Positions 61,197 through 64,000 of a DNA stretch of 64,000 nt are shown here, piece after piece (the first letter of the stretch is position 1; every line of letters begins with the position of its first letter). The position numbers were made by a program, and so were the translations under genes. The notes beneath the pieces are model-generated. The model did no database searches. It was not told the DNA's origin and saw only the letters and a list, made by a program, of their open reading frames with translations. The DNA comes from Neoechinorhynchus agilis (Eukaryota; Animalia; Acanthocephala). The stretch lies in the NCBI GenBank assembly GCA_051530055.1, contig CM121342.1, forward strand, positions 7,136,668-7,200,667, in the 5' to 3' direction.

Positions 61197-63752
61197 AAGC
61201 TTACTTGTAATTTGCTAAAGGAAAACCCATGACAAAGGCATAAGATTGTCCAGAAATATCGGATTTTATAAATTGCTTCAATTTTTCTGCCATATCAAAA
61301 CAGTAGAAATATTTCTCAATGGTGTTTTTTGTGGCTTTGCTTCCATAAGGCACAAAAGTCACCCAAAAATTCATTTTATTTCCTTCATCAAAATGCGTGA
61401 AATTTAGAAGAGCGGTTTAGAATTTATTGGCATATGGCGAAAAGTGAAAAATTCGATGGTCTATTGAAACTTAACAAAAAAATTCCTTCGTCGAATTTGA
61501 ATCAAACGTTGATATAAGAAGCCTTTCAGAGATTTTTTATATGAACAAAAATAATTGTATTCAATGTTTCGTCATCTACGTGGAATTTCTTCAGAATTGT
61601 TTACCCAAATACTAAAAAAATTCTGAGGGCCCACGTAGAGGAGCTTAATCTTGATCCGAACCAAACCTTACAGATTCAATTTTTTGGTTTACAAGGCGGC
61701 GCGAAACTACTGAGGGATTTTGAGATCATATGTCAATTGGAGACTATCCATTACTTCGTGTCTTTATCCTAATAAATCCAGCTCGAGAATAAGATTTTCT
61801 AGAAATCTATAAGGGTGCTTTGCACCGATTTCCCATTCTCCATCTTTCGACGCCAACATAATATCTATCTTCGAGATATTGATTAAGATCATTCGCCGGA
61901 GTAATTTTCTTTTTCTTTGGTAAGGGGATGTCTGCTGATCAACAAAAAAGAGTTTACCTGTTATTTTAAAATAAAATGAAACAAATTGACACTCCCTTTC
62001 CCGCGATAAAAGACTAGTTAATTTCCTTTTTATTACCAATAGTATTAAGCAAAACAATATTTTACAAATAGCAGAGTAATACTGTCAAATATTCTTATTC
62101 TAATAATAAGATCCTACTAATTTTAGAAATAACACCATCGATCGGTAAACATATTATCCTCTACGAGGTCGCAAAAGATTTGATATCGCAGACATTAGTA
62201 AGAATGATCGACAGGGAGAGGCGAAGGTTAGTTGTGGACAATTGTTAAAGCTTTGTTATTTCAATTTTTGTCGCATATCAATACAAATCGCTTCAACCGC
62301 TCTGCTCTGCAAACCCCATCTTCAAGAACATTTCCCAAGAATCTCCACACGTTGACGCAAGTTTCCTGCAATCTCTGTAACACTTTTCGCATGTTGGCTA
62401 AATGCTCCTAGCATCCTTCCTTACTAAGACGATTGGGGTCAACCATTCGACTTCTCTGTTATATTCACGCTTTCCAAAATTTCCCGTTCCACCAATCTTT
62501 GAATCTCTCGTTTACCCAGGTCTTGCAATACATAGGGTATTCGTCTCGCTGGACATCGTATCGGGTTAGCTTCACGCGATAAGCGTAATTTCACCTTAAT
62601 ATCCTTCATTGCAACCGTATCTCCCTCGGATAAATTTGTCAAATCCTCCCAAATGCTTCCAGCTTCTTTCTCCAAATCCATTCTCCTGGCATAAACCTGA
62701 GACGGTACTTTGATTTTGAAGGCTCCCGGAAACGGCAATCCAAATGAACATATCGTGGTGTGATTGGCCACTGTCACTTCTAATTTTCTCGATTTATCAT
62801 TTCGCTAAACATTCGCTTCACAGCTTCTTAACGTGTCAACCTTTACCCCTCCATATACTTTCGCTTCACGTTTAGGTAGTGCCTTCGCACTCTCGCGTAT
62901 GCGTTTAACTGGCAATAATCTTGCCTTTGTTCTCTACGGCATCTTCCACGAAGAAATACTTAAAAATTACGATCCGATTAATAGGTTTTAGACCTTATTT
63001 AACAAATGAAAATCCGTAACTCTTTTTATGTCGAGCGGCGAATCGCGAGGTTCGCCGCTCGGAGAAATAGCCGATTAAATTGAGCGAAGGTGAAATTGTG
63101 GACCACGAGAACCATATTATCAGAAATCAGACCCCGCTTCTCCGTAATGGGAAAAACTGAAGTAGGCTAATAATATCTTGCAAAGCTGTGATGGTTTGGA
63201 CCTCAGGAATTCTTCGCGGTTACGATTGGGGACAGGTCTGTTGCTTTATTACAAATCCTCAACGGTGATCCAGAATCAACGGAGACTGGAACTCCGCTGA
63301 CTGCTGCAATCGTCATTCTTAATCATCATTTCAAATCCTAGTTTTGCCATGGACGGTGCCTTCTAAACCAAAAAGTGAATCTGTGAGTTTTGGTTGAAAT
63401 TCCGCGTAGATGACGAAACAATGAATAAAATTACTTTTATTCATATAAAAAATCTCTATAAAGCTTCTTATATGAACGTTTGATTCAAATTTGACCCAGG
63501 AGAATTTTTTTTAAGTTTCAATAGACCATTGAATTTTTCACTTTTTGCGATATGCTGATAAATTCATAATCGCCCTTCTAAATTTTACGCATTTTCATGA
63601 TGGAAACAAAACGAATTTTCGGGTAATTTTTGCGCCATATTTCTACTGTTTTGATATGGCAGAAAAATTGAAGCAATTTATATGGTCCGATATTTCTGCA
63701 CAATCTTGTGCCTTTGTCAAGAGTTTTTCTTTAGGAAATTACAAGTAAGCTT
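61197..63752. repeat. Pair of ~360-390-bp inverted repeats (61197-61589 and 63396-63752) enclosing Gypsy remnants
   Basis: aagcttacttgtaattt..aaattgcttcaatttttctgccatatcaaaacagtagaaatat..gtttcgtcatctacg matches the reverse complement of the right copy. Confidence 0.9.
62300..62780 (-). mobile_element. Ty3/Gypsy pol remnant (RT N-terminus fused to RT C-terminal part, internally deleted)
   Basis: VKLRLSREANPIRCPARRIPYVL..REIQRLVEREILESV..EWLTPIVLVRK; then EHLANMRKVLQRLQE..FLG. Confidence 0.75.
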
Positions 63753-63769
63753 ACTAACAAACAAACTGA

Positions 63770-64000
63770 TGACAAACCCGAACTGGAACGCTGGTGGAAT
63801 GAGACAGCCGAAGTGATTCGTAGTGAAGCAAAAAAAACTAGGAATGACATCGAGGAAACCTAAACCCCAAAACAAAGAGGCATGGAGGTGGAATCAAGTC
63901 GTCAAGGACGCAATAAATCTAAAGAAGTCAGTCAGGAAAAGATTGGATTTTGACGCTTCGGCCTCGAATGCAGACGCTTACAAACAGGCTAAAAGGAAGG
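63770..64000 (+). mobile_element. RTE-clade ORF2 fragment (APE-RT linker), continuing off the window
   Basis: WNETAEVIRSEAKK/LG..KEAWRWNQVVKDAI.LKK..YKQAKRK resembles the RTE linker region. Confidence 0.6.

Noticed and set aside
63032-63061. GC-rich 11-bp hairpin as a Helitron 3' end
   Set aside because: No CTRR terminus at the expected distance on either strand.
1-64000. tRNA, rRNA or snRNA genes
   Set aside because: No cloverleaf or recognisable conserved RNA sequence was seen by eye; a covariance-model scan would be needed to exclude small ncRNAs.

Overview
AT-rich eukaryotic (metazoan) window with very compact, intron-poor housekeeping genes: torsin-like AAA+, peroxidasin, BCDIN3D, FBXW7-like, SLX4, HDAC1, RPL23, mitochondrial EF-Tu and part of WDR1/AIP1. 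Many start codons sit directly behind a splice-acceptor AG, and several intergenic gaps are only about 40-65 nt. About 40% of the window is locus-specific tandem repeat: about ten unrelated families with units of about 140-545 bp. The right third is a TE graveyard (I/Jockey-like LINE, RTE and Gypsy remnants) containing a 10-copy tandem array of a HIPK-like kinase pseudo-domain. Main result of the hunt: at least six inserts (50-2385 bp) interrupt conserved coding sequence in peroxidasin (x3), FBXW7, SLX4 and EF-Tu. Each has its own short terminal inverted repeat. Each ends in TA, and five of six also have TA on the 5' side. Removing the insert plus one TA restores the frame. They coexist with ordinary tiny GT-AG introns. 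They look like a class of structure-defined, transposon-derived non-canonical introns or, less likely, IES-like DNA excisions. Everything is read by eye from sequence; no database searches or RNA data were available, and the organism cannot be assigned.
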